In this document: piece by piece, positions 36,970-50,596 of the stretch
How positions within the stretch are numbered: the first letter of the stretch is position 1
How the letters are laid out: each line of letters opens with the position of its first letter
Assembly (NCBI GenBank): GCA_029717555.1
Contig: JAMDHS010000054.1
Span: forward strand, 62,001-126,000
DNA: 64,000 nucleotides
Source of the DNA: Peribolospora baueri
Taxonomy: Eukaryota
Direction of reading: 5' to 3'
Translations under genes and position numbers: made by a program
Notes under the pieces: generated by a model
What the model saw: the letters and a program-made list of their open reading frames with translations, nothing else
What the model was told of the DNA's origin: nothing
Databases searched by the model: none

Positions 36970-39900
36970 TTATACCACCACTTTCCTCTTCCTCTTCGCT
37001 CCCCCCTCCATGATCTTCTGCTTCACTGCCTCTTCAGACAGCAAAGGATCCGCCTCAAAGTATTCTGCAGTCTGAGCGGCCTCAACCCTCCGCTTCATGT
37101 AGTGCAGGGCCGCGAGGTTGTAGCCGATCATTTCCTGCGACATCAGTCGAGGACACGGTTCAGAGAATGTGAAGGGTTAGATGCTACGTCGACTGACAAA
37201 GATTCATCTTTAGATGAGATAGGAGTTGAATGCGGGGGTCACTCACCTTCTGCTTCGCCAAGGTGGCTCGCAGATGACCCTTGACACGGACGAGAGTGGT
37301 GCGCATGACGCGATTGGTAACAATCTGGTTGTGGTACGTCCGAAGGAGGAAGAAAAGGATGCGAGAGACCAGGGCGATGGACCATTCCTTACGGGGCCGG
37401 GAAGAGGACGCGACCGAGTGTGAAGAACGCACAGGCCCAGTGCCGAGTGTCAATCTCTCAAACGGTCCAACAGAAAGCAGTCGAGAATGGAGAGAAGCAA
37501 ACCGCTACACACCTTGTTTGCCCAGATATCCAAATATTCCATCAAGCTCACTACCTTGCCGAACGGCAGGACGAGCAGGGCATCGTGCAAAGCGGCCGAC
37601 GACACCTTCTCGATCACGTCGAGCACATATCTCTCCGCGCTCACATCCTCCACGGCAACGAAAACGGCGTTTCTCGCCGGCCGAGCCAATCTCTTCGCCC
37701 TCTCCTCCTCGCCCCGAGACACCATCGCAGCCTTCTCGGCTTCCCATGCAGACATTAGAGCACGGTCCTCATCGGCCAATTCTAGAGCTTCTATGATCCG
37801 CTCGCCAGCCATGAGCGTCTCTCTCGTAGACTTGGTCACTTCCGTCACTTCCTCTCCTTCCCCATTTTGCGCACCAGAAATGCGGTCCTGCGTGTCGGCG
37901 ATGCCCGCTTCATATAGCTCTTCTAGTTCTCTTTCCCGTTGTTCCTCCAGGAAAAGCTGATACATGCCAGCGCGGCACGCAATGATTGATTGGAGATGAG
38001 GTCAAATCAGCTTACCGCCTTTCTTCCTGTCGATGACCGCTACGCTCGTTGACAGCACTATAAACTCAGATACACCGAACTCACCGGATTATCGGTCTTC
38101 TCCCAGATGCGAACGCTCTTGTCATGAGAACCGGTAGCTACGAAAGCGCCACGGTTGCTCACAGCCAGGGCCCATACTTCACCCTGGTGGCCTTCAAGTT
38201 TTTGAATTTGCTCGAACTGAACAGGTTTAAATCGTCGTCATACAAACGTGTCGACCAGGCAAAATCAGCGGCCGTCGAAAATGGCAAGCATTGCCTCGCG
38301 TAGCCAGCTACTCGTTCGCTCGTTCATACTCACTCTATCCCCATCCCAATACTTGACCGTCTTATCCTTGCTAACGGTCCAGAAGTAATGCGTCTGCTTC
38401 CCCGAACCGAGATCGGAGTTGTCTTCGAAGCCGCGACGCTCGAAAGCGACCTGCATGATGCTGTCTTCGTGAGCGAAGATGCTCTTGTGGCAGTCGCCGA
38501 AGTCGAGTCCCCAGATCTTGACGTTCTTGTCCGCTGAGCAGGTCACAATCAAGCGCGAGTCTGGCGAAATGTCCATGGAGAGAACGGGGAGCTGAGGAGT
38601 GAGGGAAAGGGAAGGTTGTCAACAGTCTTCTCTGGCTTAAGACGACAGCAAAAGGAGCCACAAAATGACGCACCTTGTGTCCGTACAAGCTAAGGAAGAA
38701 CTTGAGCGTGTCCTGATAGAACACCTTCACGGTCGAGTCGAGCAACGACACGGCGAGCAGTTTGCCGTTGGGACTGTACCGCACCGCCAAAACGTCGTCG
38801 GTCATTTTGAGCGTGCGCACATGGACGAGCGTCATTTGCATCGTCGCCGGCTATAATGACGGATGGATGCATGAACGAGCAGAAAGGCGAGAATTGAGAG
38901 AACGGATTGAGTTGTGAGTTGGAGACGATAAGAAAACAAATTGACGAGAAAAAAAAGCTGAGGAACCAAAACTCACCAGCTCCGCCTCTTCCTCGCCCCT
39001 CTCCACCTCCCTCATTTCAAATTCCCAAAATTTGACATCCTTATCCCCGCTCCCCGTGACCAGCTGCATTCCATCAGGTCTAACATGTACTGACCATAAT
39101 GGCCCTTCATGCGCCTTGATGGTCTCGAGCAAGGTGGAAGAGGAAACATCGTACAGGTGCAGCTCGCCCGATTTGGTACCGACGACCAGGTGTCGGTCTC
39201 CCGGGAGGAAAGTGCTGCAGATGGCGTAGCCGCACTCGAGCGTGCGGATGCACTGCGTCGTGTGACGGTTCCATACTTTCAACTGGCCGTTGCTGGCGCT
39301 TGCGAGCAGCTCATCATTCGAGCTAAGGCACAGCGTGCGGATGTCCGCTCTGTGGCCTGGAAGGTCGAGACCATACGCTTTTACCGGCTCGAGAAGACCT
39401 TGTTGTGTGTAGGCTGCTTTCTCCGCTTTGCCTTTCGGAGGCGCGGGGACCGAGTAGACTTCCACTGCATTGTTGGCGAGTGCGAGGAGGATCTGGGTGA
39501 GACCAAAAGGGTGCGCGGTTTGTCAATAATACCGGGGTTAGAGAGGGCGTCTGTGAGGAAAAGCAGGTCGTCACCTGCCAACACTCACATGGACTCCACC
39601 TTTAGGAATGCTCTTGTCAGGGTCGAATGCAAAAGACCTGACCCGCCCGCTGCCCCTCACTATGACGTACGACGTGATACGATCGACCCACCCTACCTCA
39701 CGCTCTCGCTCATCCTCCCCTTCCTCAGTTTCCATCTTTTCATCTCCATCTTGGTCCGCAGCGCCATCCTCTTTTCCCTTTCCCTTCTTCTTCTTCGCCT
39801 CCTTCTCCCTCTTCTTCTCCTTTTCTCTCCTCTTCCGTCTCGCCATCTTCTTCTTCACCTCCTCTTCCCCCCTCAAACGGTACACCTCCACGCTCCGATC

Positions 39901-41020
39901 CTGCGCCTGCACAGCTACGAACTGCCGTGAAGAGTGGAAAGAGATCTGAGATATGCGGTGAGTGGAGGATGGATTGGAGGTTGGGAGGAGGCCGGCAAGA
40001 TGGAGAAAGCGAGACCGACGAGTGCGAGCAGAAGGTTCCTGCTCGCCCGCGCCGTTCGCTTCTTCCGTTGCGGATGCGGTCGGTTCACCAGTTATGCCCT
40101 CGCGAAGACCCTCACGCAGGGCGTCCGCGTCCAAGCTCCACGCTTTCACCTCTCCCTCGCCAGAGCCTGTCAAAATGAGCAGGTCGGGCTCAGAGACATC
40201 CATGGACCAGCATTCGGAGCGGTGGGCGACGACTGTCTCCACGCAGTGCTGCACAGAGAGGTCCCAGAGCTTGAGGAACGTATCTTTGCCCGTTGTAAGC
40301 AGATAGCCTGGTGATGTAGCAGAAGGCTCAATGGAAGATGAAGATGGGTCGGAGGGCGGCGTTTGGAGAAACGACAGCGCCGTGATTTGATCGCGGTGAC
40401 CTCGAAGACTAGGGACCGAGGGCAGAGTCGAACAGATCAGCGATACGAATTTCTCATTCAGAACTCATTTTAGCAAAGCAAAGGTGGCGGCAGCACTCAC
40501 CGGAACATGCCCGTCTCGGCAACCAAATCCCACAGGATGATGTCTGTGTCCTGACTGCCGCTCACCAAGCGCGCGCCGTCATGATCGAAAGCTAGGGCGG
40601 TGACGGCCTTCTTGTGACCATTGAAAGTAATGATCACCGTACCCGTAATACTGTCCCAGAGACGGATCGAGCCGTCGAAGTAGCCGACGGCGAAGACGTT
40701 CGGCCGAGGAGAGGAGGCGATGCAGGTCACTTCCGCGCGGTGTCCAATTTCGTGCCACATTGCCATCTGAGAAAAGGGTTGTGGGCGAATCAAATACAAT
40801 GTTTGTCAGTTCAATCCAAAAAAAATAGAAAATAAAAGCAAGTAAAGATATGAAGCCGTGGTCGCAAACTGACCATCTGGCCCTTTTTGACATCCCATAC
40901 GAGCACATCCTCGAGCGCCGGCACGTAGGCAAGCTTGCCGTCGTAATACGACCTCGAGCCGGCGCTGCAGATGAGGCCAAACGCCTGAGCTGGTACATGC
41001 TCGAGGTACGAGCGGACCAT
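36970..41020 (-). CDS. UTP12: U3 snoRNP/SSU processome WD40 protein Utp12/Dip2 (WDR3)
   Basis: [109 protein letters not shown] and C-terminal Utp12 region. Confidence 0.96.
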
Positions 41021-41347
41021 GATTATGGATAGAGCCCCCGCTGAAGCTTGGCTGCTGGGTTTGCAGGAAGAGAACTGAAGACGAACAGACAAACCTCTCG
41101 CGGTGGAAATGCCGCAGGAAATTTTTGGGACCTCGATCATCTTATAGTCGCCTAACGACGCCTACCGCCGTTCGGCCAAGCCGAGCATGTGATCTCAGCC
41201 AACGCACGGGCCGGTGGGGCGCGAGGGGCACGACGGCTCCCTCGTTCTTCTTCGGAGCGCTCTAACATTGCTTATCTCGTTCACCCCCCTCTCACCCTCT
41301 TCGCTTTCCACCATCTCATAGACAATTGGATTCGTAGACTAGAAGAC

Positions 41348-43606
41348 ATGAAGGACCTTCTCACTAACGCCAACTTCCCCATGTCGGCCGATGGACGCGT
41401 GTAAGTGTCGTCGTCAAGCCGCGGTATCGTATCTTCAATGCGAGCGCATATACGAGTAGAGTGACATGTTAGAGAAACTGACTAGCGTTGCTTTTCTCTC
41501 ATTCTCTCTTTTCTCGTACAGATACCATGTTGGTATTAAAGCCGGGGAGTATGTATCGACCATCTTCTGTTGGCTCCATTCCAGCTTCTTCCACCTACGT
41601 AATTCTCAGCCTGATTATAACGCCTTTCCCTCGCCAGGGCGGCCAACCGCGTGGTGAGCTCGTCTCCCAATAGTTTCTCCCCGCAATGATAGAATAACAG
41701 CTCTCATCCCTTACACTTCTACATTCTCTTCCTCTTCCCTCGCTCTCCTTCCAGATCACTGTAGGCGACCCAGCCCGTGCACGGAGGATCGCCTCGCACT
41801 TCGACGCACCTCCCTACGAATACCTGTCGGGTCGCGGCTTCCTCACCCTCACAGGTAAATTCAAGAATGTGCCTGTGACCGTCATTGCGATGTGAGCGCT
41901 TGTGTACATTGAACCGGATGAACTCCCGAAAGAGATGCACGCCACAAATGTCAAGAGACCTCGAGACTTGAAACTCTCCTCAACCTGCCTCATTCCCGCC
42001 TCCTTTTCTATACACTCGTCCAGCAACATGGGGTTCTCGAACGTGGATTTTTTTGTCCGAGAGCTGAGGGCCGTCACGAGAGGCGACTTGGTCATCGTAC
42101 GGTAAGTCCATGGCTGTGCCGTCAATTAGTGCTCACACTGCTCTCCGGGCTCAGTATTGGCATGGGCAGATGTGGCAGCTCATCTTCCCTTTCTCATCTT
42201 TTTTTTTTTCGTATGCTTTTAGCCTCGGGTCTTGCGGCTCTCTCGACCCCTCTCTGGGAATTGGCAGCATAGTAGTCCCCTCCACCGCCTACTGCGTCCT
42301 CACAAACTACGACTTTTTCCACCCAGATACCGACCCCAAACTTTGGCAGTCTGGAGAGATCGAGCCGTACACGCTCACTAAACCGGTGCGACGATGGCTT
42401 CGTCCGGCAGCACGACACGTCCGTCGTTTGCGAGCTTTGGTCTAGCGAGAAGTTGACATACGAACATGACTTATGTTGTGAAACGTCACTTAGATATCGG
42501 GAGACAGGGCCCTTCACGATCAGGTGTGTTCGAAGTCACGGTTTCATCTGGTCTTCCATTATCCGACTCCCCGCTCTATATCTTTGCACCTTTTTGACGC
42601 GGATGAGCTCCTTCTCCAGCTAAAAGCAGCTCTCGAACGCACGATGCCGGAAAAAGCCACCCTCACGCAGGGTCGCCAGTTCCGCGTCAAGGGTGATACG
42701 CTGGATGCTAGCGCTGACAGGTGGGTCCGCGTATGAGCTTGTCCTCAGCGTTGGCTCCATCTGACTGGAAAGGAGGCACAGGGCGCGCGCTGACAGTCGT
42801 TTGTCCCTCGGATTTGTTTCGTCTCTCTCGCGAACGTTTGGGCTTTTGGAACGGCAGCTTCTACTCCTCCCAAGGCCGCGCGGACCCGCAGTTCTTTGAC
42901 GCGAATGCCAACCTTGTTTCAACTCTGCTCGCTCGCCGTCCAGGAACAGCGACGTTTGAGATGGAGACCGCGGTGCTCTACCATCTCGCCTGGCTTTCCA
43001 CCTTGGCCGACCGGCTCCGGGAGAGGTATGGGGGTGAGCTACCGAATGCCGGGGAGATGGCTACGCCGAAGGACGAGGATAGGCCAGTGCCACCTAAGGT
43101 TAGGGGAGAGGAGAAATTGGGAGGAGAGATGGGAGGAACGATTAGGGCAGGGGCCGTGCAGATTGTGTGAGTATGCGGAGGCCTTCTCTCCGTCCTGATG
43201 TGTGAAGTTAACGCGCGTCGTCCGTCTTGTCTCGTTCTGAACGACCGCACTCGATACCCCAACTGCAGCTTCGCGAACCGAACCGATTCGGGCTTCATAA
43301 CGCCCGACGAAGTCTCCGTGCTCGAGTCGTGGGCCGGCTTGGGTGTTCTGGAGGCTTTGGCTGGATTCGACATCCCTGAAGACGTGAGTATCGTTCCTTT
43401 TTCAGGAATTAAAGCGGCAAAGTCCGAGGGGTGGGGGGGGATGCAATGGAACGAATGGATGGGAGAAGGCGGGCATGTCGGCACGCTCCCCCACTTTGTG
43501 ACCTCGTTGACGCGCCGCCATCGTCGCTCCCCAACCTGTTTTTCATTTCTCTTTTTCCCAATGTTCACAGAGACTGCACCCTGCAGCTGGCTCCGTCTGG
43601 GCTTGA
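41348..43606 (+). CDS. Purine/uridine nucleoside phosphorylase family (PNP_UDP_1) protein; many exons
   Basis: ANFPMSADGRV/YHVGIKAGE/AANRV/ITVGDPARARRI, RGFLTLTGKFKNVPV, MGFSNVDFFVRE, VRLGSCG, SADSFYSSQGR, FEMET and C-terminal RLHPAAGSVWA*. Confidence 0.9.
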
Positions 43607-44431
43607 GTAGAGCGCGAAGGGTGGTCACGGTGCTCGCAGCGGTTAAGAAAGAGACACCGAATATCTGCAGGCCACGATGAGCCATCATCCAACCGTCGCG
43701 CCACTTTCAAGCGCATGTCCCGTCTCCTAGGCCCACTTCATCCCCACCGTCGTGTAATCAAACTTGTCAAGGAATGTAGACGCGCTTCGTCGCCGACGTA
43801 GGAGACGGACAGTGCGCGTGGATGGTATGGTGGGGAAGACCTTTTGGGCTGATGCCAGGAGGGTGGAAGCCGCACGCGAGGGGTCCCGGCGCAGATGCAG
43901 AAAGTTTGGGGTCGAGCGATGAATGGATCGCGAAGAGGGGGCCTACCCTACACCTTTGCTCATGCTTTCGTCCAACATGAGGCGGCTTGGCTTGAGCGCC
44001 CGCCTTCACAGGGACGATACGAAAGTCGGAGAGAAAACGAACGACGCGCCTTGGGTCGGGTCGGGAGCTCCTCGCCTCCCCTTGGGCTCGCTCACTGGCT
44101 CGGAAAGGGAAAGTTTGTTCTCGACACATACGAGACGAGACAAAAAAAAAACGATGACGGAGAGGTAAAGGCATCGTAGGGAGAGAAGAAAGAGGAAGGA
44201 AAGGGGTGGAGATGATGAGATGAGGGAGGGGGACCACCAACATTCATTCGGACTGGATTGGATTGGGACCTGGGGCTGGGGCGAAAGGGAGAAAAGGGGA
44301 AACAAAATACTACTACGACTAGACTAGACTACACAAAGTTCTGTGCGGGGTAGACAGAAGAACGAAAGGAAGATGGGGACCAGTCGCGCTCCGGTCGGGC
44401 CCCGCCCGCCCGCCCCGCCGTCCCCTCTTCT

Positions 44432-47400
44432 TCACTCGGACTCGCTCCCGTCAGAATCGCTGTCCGAGTCGTCGTCCGAGCCCGAGTCGGAAGAGTCGGT
44501 GGAAGCGAGGTCGTCGTCGTAGCCTTCGATCGCGCGCTCCAGGGCCATCATCCTGGCGGCCGCACCGCCGCCGTTGGCGTTGGCACCGAGAGCGGCGGGG
44601 TTGTCGAAACTCTTCAGCTGCTCCTCGAGCCTCCGAATCCTCTCACTTTCCTCATCCTCGTCCAGGTTCTTCCTCTTCAGCCCTCCTGTACCCCTCTTCC
44701 TCCCATCGATCGGCAAAGATCCCAGCGCGCCCGCGTCTGAAGTGCCAAACATGGCCACCCCGTTTCCGCCGTTGCTTCGACCTCCTCCGCCCACACCGCC
44801 CGCGCTATCACCACTGCCGCCGCCGTTGGCGGAGCCATTCTTGGCGCCCTTGCCGGCGGCGGCGTGCACCTTCTTGCTCTGACGAGGCTTGCGAGGCTTG
44901 ACGACAAAGGAGTAGAGCTTGTAGAGCGTCCTGGGTGCCAGAGCGTCGATGTCGAGCTCGATCTCCTCGCTCGACTGCGGAACGAAACAAGCGAGACGAA
45001 AAAAAAAATCATGCATGAGCTGGTCGTTCCGTACCGAATCGTCGGCTGACTCGTCCCTAAAGTAGACAGACACAGAGCCCATCCACCGACTCACGTCCTT
45101 CAAATCCGGCCGACTCTCATGAATAATCCGAATCGCCTTGTCCAACCGATCTCCCTCGAGCTGAGTAATCTTCTCCGCCAACTCGGTCTTCATCTCATAG
45201 GTGATCGGAGGGTGACTCTCCTCGTCGTCCGAGCTCGCTCCCTCCCCTCCGTCGCGGTGCTGCTGCGCCTGCGCCTGTGCCTTTTTCTTGCCTCCACCCC
45301 CCGTGGCCTTCTTCGACGCGCCTCCCGCCCCGGTGCCTGAAGACTTGGCATGGTTAGCGGCCGCCTTGGAAGACGATCCGCCGACGGCGGATGCGGCGCC
45401 CGCCTCGCCGGACTTGCGCTTAGATACGCCGCCGGATTTGGCGGCCTTGGCAGCCGACTTGGATGAACTGGCGCCGGGATGGTCTGCGCCGGCGCCGGAG
45501 CCACCCTTGGCCGACGATCGTTTGGCGCCACCCTTGGCCTTTTCCTTGTCCTTTTTCTTACCGGACGAGGGACCGAGGTCTTGCTTCTTAAGCATTTCCA
45601 GCTTGCTGTGAATTTGAGCGAGCTCCTTCTCCATCTCCCGTACCCGGCGGACTGATCGACGGGAAATGAAAAAAGAACAGGAATGAGCATGACCAAATGG
45701 GACGGGACACGAAGTCGCTAAATCTAGACGCCCGCTCACCGCGCTCGCTCTCCTCATCATCCTCCTCCTCGCTTTCCACCTCCACCTCCACCTCCTCCTC
45801 CTCCTCTTCCTCTGGCTCCTTCCAGGCGGGCCGATGGCGCCACTTGTCGTCATAGACCTTTTCGAGCGTGCGACCGGCCTCATGCACGGGGTTGCCGGGC
45901 GGGTTGTACCTGTAGCAGTTGTTGAACATGAGGCGGATGTCGCTGTCGAACGCATCTCCGTCCGGATAAAGACCGCGGTCTAGCTTGGAGCGAATGGTGG
46001 AGAGGTCCATGGGATGCTTGATCACCTGAGGGTAGTCGAAGAGCTGCATTTTCACGTGGTCGACGGGGTCATAGAAGGCCGAGGCATAGGTCCAATGCTT
46101 CTGCTTGTGAAGCTCGTGCATGACGGCGGAAGCGTACTTGAGTTCCGCTTCGGCGTGCTGTTCCTTGGAAAGCGCGCGGGCCAACTTGCGCGATCGGTTC
46201 TTGCCGCCAGCACTGCCGCGCCGACCGGCACGACGAGAGCTGGAAGGCTCCTCCACCGTCCATGGGAGGTCCTTGGGCGGTGGAGGAATGATCTCCCGTT
46301 TCGGTCTGCCGTCGGTCGAAGAGCGACGAATGACGGGTAGAGAGGTGGAAGGACGACGTAGCTTTTTCTTCTCCGATGCCGGCGACGGTGGCTCCGCCGC
46401 CGGAGGGCTAGTTTGCGCGGCTGGCTTGGGGGAAGGCTTGAGGGGCTGGATGAGGGCGAAAGAGAAGGGCAAGGTGTGAGACCGGGGGGGGGGGGGCGGA
46501 AGGGAACGAACGGAGTCGAAGCGGGTGGGCGACTCACCTCCGGAGCACTCGGCATCTGCCTGTTCTGCTTCTCAAACATCTCCTCGAGCGCCTTGGCGTC
46601 CTGGGCGACGGGAATGTCCCTGCCGTTAAATTTGTAGCAATTGGCCCACACCTTCCTCATGTCGTCCACGAACGTTTCCACCGTCGGATACGTTGCGTGT
46701 TCGGCGTCCGGCATGATCCTGCCTCGGGAGAGGCCGGCGGTCGGGCCGGCGGCGGTCTTGGCGGAGACGCCGAGGGTGTCCGAGGTGTTTTTGAGCTTGC
46801 GCTCGACGGTGCCGAGGTCCATGGGTTCGGTGATCACTTCGTAGTAGTGAGGAATGTTCCACGCATCAGCGTCGACGGGCTCGTTGAAGTACTTTGCCGC
46901 CTTGGATTTCCGCATCTGCCGCACGACGGCGATGGCAAACTTGAGTTGCTCCTTGGACCACTGCGGGGGTGGCTGAGCGGCGCCAGCCGTGGAGAGGATT
47001 TTGGTGGTAGGAGCCTTGCGCTGAAGAAGAAAAGAAGAGGTGAGTGAGCCCAACCTTGCCGACGACGGTAGGGCGATCGAGCGGGGTCTTGAAGCGGAGA
47101 GGCGAATGGCTCACCTCACTGACGTCGTACCCGGCATACTGCTTGGCCATCTTCCTCGGCCGCTTGTTCGGCGGCTCTCCCTGAGAAACGTGGGAAGCGG
47201 CGGCGCCAGCTTGGACGGTGGTGGCGGCGTCCACCGGTTGGATCGGCGCGGAGGAAGGGGCAGGAACGGGCGGCGGGGGGGAGGCGACACTCGAGCCGGC
47301 CTGGTCCTGTGGCCGATCGAGGGAAGTGGAGGGAGCGGAGGAGGCGGGCAAGGAGGAGGACGGGGCGAGGAGGGAATCTACGTCCATCGCGTCGGCGGTT

Positions 47401-47636
47401 CGAGCTGGCGGCGGCGCGGCGACTTGGACATCCATCGCGTCGGCGGTGGGCGGATCGTGCTCCGCGTCGCGGGCCATCCCCTCGACGTCGACGTCCACGG
47501 TTCCGTTGCCATTGCCGTTGTCCTTTGGCGGATGGGGGGCCGGGTCGGCGGCGGGGACGGGAGGACCGTCGGGGTTGGGGAGGGGGTGAGCGAGAGGAGG
47601 GGACGTGGTGGTGGCGACGGTGGTGGCGATGGGCAT
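44432..47636 (-). CDS. BDF1: BET-family double bromodomain and ET domain protein
   Basis: BD1 FNEPVD..IPHYYEVITEPMDLGTVERKL..NCYKFNG. BD2 FYDPVD..DYPQVIKHPMDLSTIRSKL..FNNCYRYNPPG. ET ITYEMKTELAEKI..EIELDIDAL. Acidic Ser/Asp tail. Confidence 0.96.
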
Positions 47637-47734
47637 GGGACGGTGGTGACGGGAGAGTCAGAAGAGATGGAAGGGGGGACGGATGGGGATGGAGTGGGAT
47701 TAGAGATGCGATGTGATGATAGATAGGGAGGGGA

Positions 47735-47809
47735 GGATGGGATGGGATGGGATGGGATGGGATGGGATGGGATGGGATGGGATGGGATGGGATGGGATGG
47801 GATGGGATG
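47735..47809. repeat. (GGATG)15 microsatellite about 100 bp upstream of the BDF1 start codon
   Basis: Directly visible perfect pentanucleotide array. Confidence 0.95.
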
Positions 47810-49069
47810 GAGGGTTAATGAGATGGAGTGATGGAGTGATGGAGCGCGACGACGAACGGACGGATGCGTGTCGGACGCGTCAGACAGAGAGAGACAGCCG
47901 AGCGCAGGCAGAGCCACAGAGGCGAATTGAGGCGAGGCGGAGAACGCGAAAAGGAGAAATGATTCTCGACTTCGGGTCGATCGCGTCGCCGGTCTGTTAA
48001 ATACCCCCCTCCGCACAAGCCACCGACGCGGCGCGATGACAAGGAGGATCGACGACGGCCGGTCGGACGGACGGACGGACAGGAAAGACAGCCAGCCAGC
48101 CAGCCAGCCAGCGAAGCCAGACAGACAGACAGACAGACAGACAGAGGGGGCGGGCCGCAGGAAGCCGGGTGCTGGCAAGGGTCGCGTTTGTACGTTCGCC
48201 TGACCCGAACCCGCAGTAGCTGGGATTAAGAAGAAGGAAAAAGAAAAGAAATGAAGAAAAAAATAGGGTCGCCTAGGCGGGTGCGGACGGCGATGGGCGG
48301 CGTTGGGCGGGTGGCGTGGGCGACGAGGACGGGCGTGCGTTGTGGCGAGGAGAGAGACGAACGAACGAACGAGCGGCGAATTCTCACTCGCCGCTGTCGC
48401 CCGCCTTCTTATCTCTTTTCCCGCCCGCCGCACCCGCCGCCCAACACATGCGCGCACGTGCCCCATTCATGCACACGCGCCGCAGTCGCCTCCTGAGCCC
48501 GCCCGCCCGTTCCGGCCGCCGTTCGCCGTTGCGTTCGTTCGTACTCGTTATCATGTCGTCGGGCTCGAAGAGAGAAGCAAGAGGCGAAGGGAAAGAAGAA
48601 GAAGAAAAGGACAAGAGGATAAGATGAGACGCGCCAGAAGCCCCCTCTCCCACGAGCGGACAGACCGAAAAGGCACGACCCGACCGGGCGCCTGCCATCC
48701 TGTCCTGCCCGCCGCCACGCCGGCCTGTCTACCTCACCAGTCAGTCCGGCAACGAAGGAAGGAAGGAAGGCAGACAGACATGCCTGCTTTGCCTGATCGC
48801 GCGGAGAAATACGACGATGGAAAAAGAAAAAGAAACAAAACAACACAACACAACACAAAAAACAAATACGAAATACGATTCGCAAAATCCTCGCGAGACC
48901 CCATCCATCCGTCGCTTCTCTCTTCCGACCCATTCATTCTCGAGATTGAATCGCATCACATCACATCGCATCGCAATGCAACGCATCCTTATCCCAACGT
49001 CTCATCTCGTCTCGTCTTGTTTGGGTCAGCCGCACCCGAGAAAAAAAAAAGCAAAGCCGGATGGATATG

Positions 49070-49678
49070 CAGCCGACTCTGTCTGTTAGCATACGGGTCC
49101 ATAGATATGCCTTCGCATAGTGCATAGCGATCCCCCTTTCCCGTTTGCTCCCCAGCCAAAACGCTGGTCTATATGCATACTAAACATACCCGCATATTGC
49201 AAGCACTGACACCGGTGCCGCCCTTACCAGGTATGCACCCTCGGCATGCATAGTTAGGGTTGAGTATCACGTGCATCCTCGTGGTGTTGGAGATGGGCGG
49301 CGACGAGCACCGTGGTTACGCGGCTGAAACAATAACGCACACATCCACTTTCGTCCATCCACCGTCAGTTCTAACATTACTACACGTGGGTGCTTGTCCG
49401 CGTTTCACCATCTCTTTCAAAGAACATGTCAACGAGCAGCGTAAACAAACCGATCTTCGACAGTTCTTTTCTGCACACCGCTTCTTCTTGAACATGGTTG
49501 TGTTATGACGTGTACATACTCCACAGTAAAGCTTGGAATTCATGTCTTGATGGACGCTATCGACAGTGGCAACGACTGCGGCAAATATGCATAGACCACT
49601 CTGGGTTTAAGTCTCCCTCTCGCATACTGCATAGCCCTCGGGCTATACAACTCTTATGCTTATAGACAGGGTTGACTG
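49070..49678 (+). mobile_element. pogo/Tigger-like non-autonomous element, copy 2
   Basis: Co-linear with copy 1 and highly similar. Right TIR and TA are intact (49679-80). Left TIR is degenerate (TG|CAGCCGACTCTGTCTGTTAGCAT). Internal indels differ from copy 1. Confidence 0.9.
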
Positions 49679-49994
49679 TACATACAATACAGCACACGCT
49701 TTCGTTTCCGCACCGGCGCTGGGGGCCGATCGATCGATCGATCCGATGCGATGCGATCAAACAAACAAAAACCAACAACAACAAAAACGGACGTCGCCCC
49801 GACCTTGTGCAGCGCAGCGGGGTTGCGCGCGCTAGCTAGCTGAGAAGTTCATTGGAGCTGTCGAACAGACAACAGACAACGAACAACAGACAACAGACAG
49901 ACGGACGGACAGGGCGTCGAGCAAGAAAGGCATTTTCATCAAGATCAAGATCAAGAGAGAACAGAGCAAAGGTCCGTGCGACGATGGATGGATC

Positions 49995-49995
49995 G

Positions 49996-50034
<39 letters not shown>
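49995..50034. repeat. (GCAG)10 microsatellite
   Basis: Directly visible. Confidence 0.9.
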
Positions 50035-50596
50035 AGCGATAGCGAGCGCGAGCAAAAGCAAGCAAGCGAGAGAGAAGGACGGACGGACGGACGGGAATGA
50101 AGAAAGAAAGCGACGTGCGAATGACGACGTGACATGGGTGGACGATATCTGTACAGGAACGGCATTCGTTGCGCCGCGGTCCTTCGTTATCTCCGACGGC
50201 CAAGAGGAAGGAAGGGGCAAGAAGGGGAAAAAGCTGAGGAGGATGGGTGAGACGAGATGGAAAATTGTCCAAAGGGCAAGGCAAAGAAAGGCGAACCGAA
50301 CGAGGAAGGATGGGATGGGGAAACGGGTGATGGCGACAGCATAGATCGTGCGCTGAAGACAAGGAGCCCAAGATAGACAAAGAAAAAGAGTCGGGGAAGA
50401 GATGGCTCGACGACGAAAAAAACGAAGACGGGGTGGTGGTGATCAGAGTTCATCAGAGAAGCGAAAAGACCAAGATGGGCCGGAAGGCGGAGGCGGACGG
50501 AGGATGAACGAGGAATAGGACGATGCAATGCGATGTGCAGCGTAGCGCTGCGACGGTGGCCCCGGATCACGGACGGCGAGATGAGATGGGTTAGGC

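Noticed and set aside
49316..49543. Cys-rich minus-strand ORF (CGVC..CAEKNCRRSVCLRC) in the transposon copy, resembling a PHD/RING finger
   Set aside because: It is frameshifted and altered in copy 1. The synonymous pattern and PIP-like motif point to the + strand as the ancestral coding strand.
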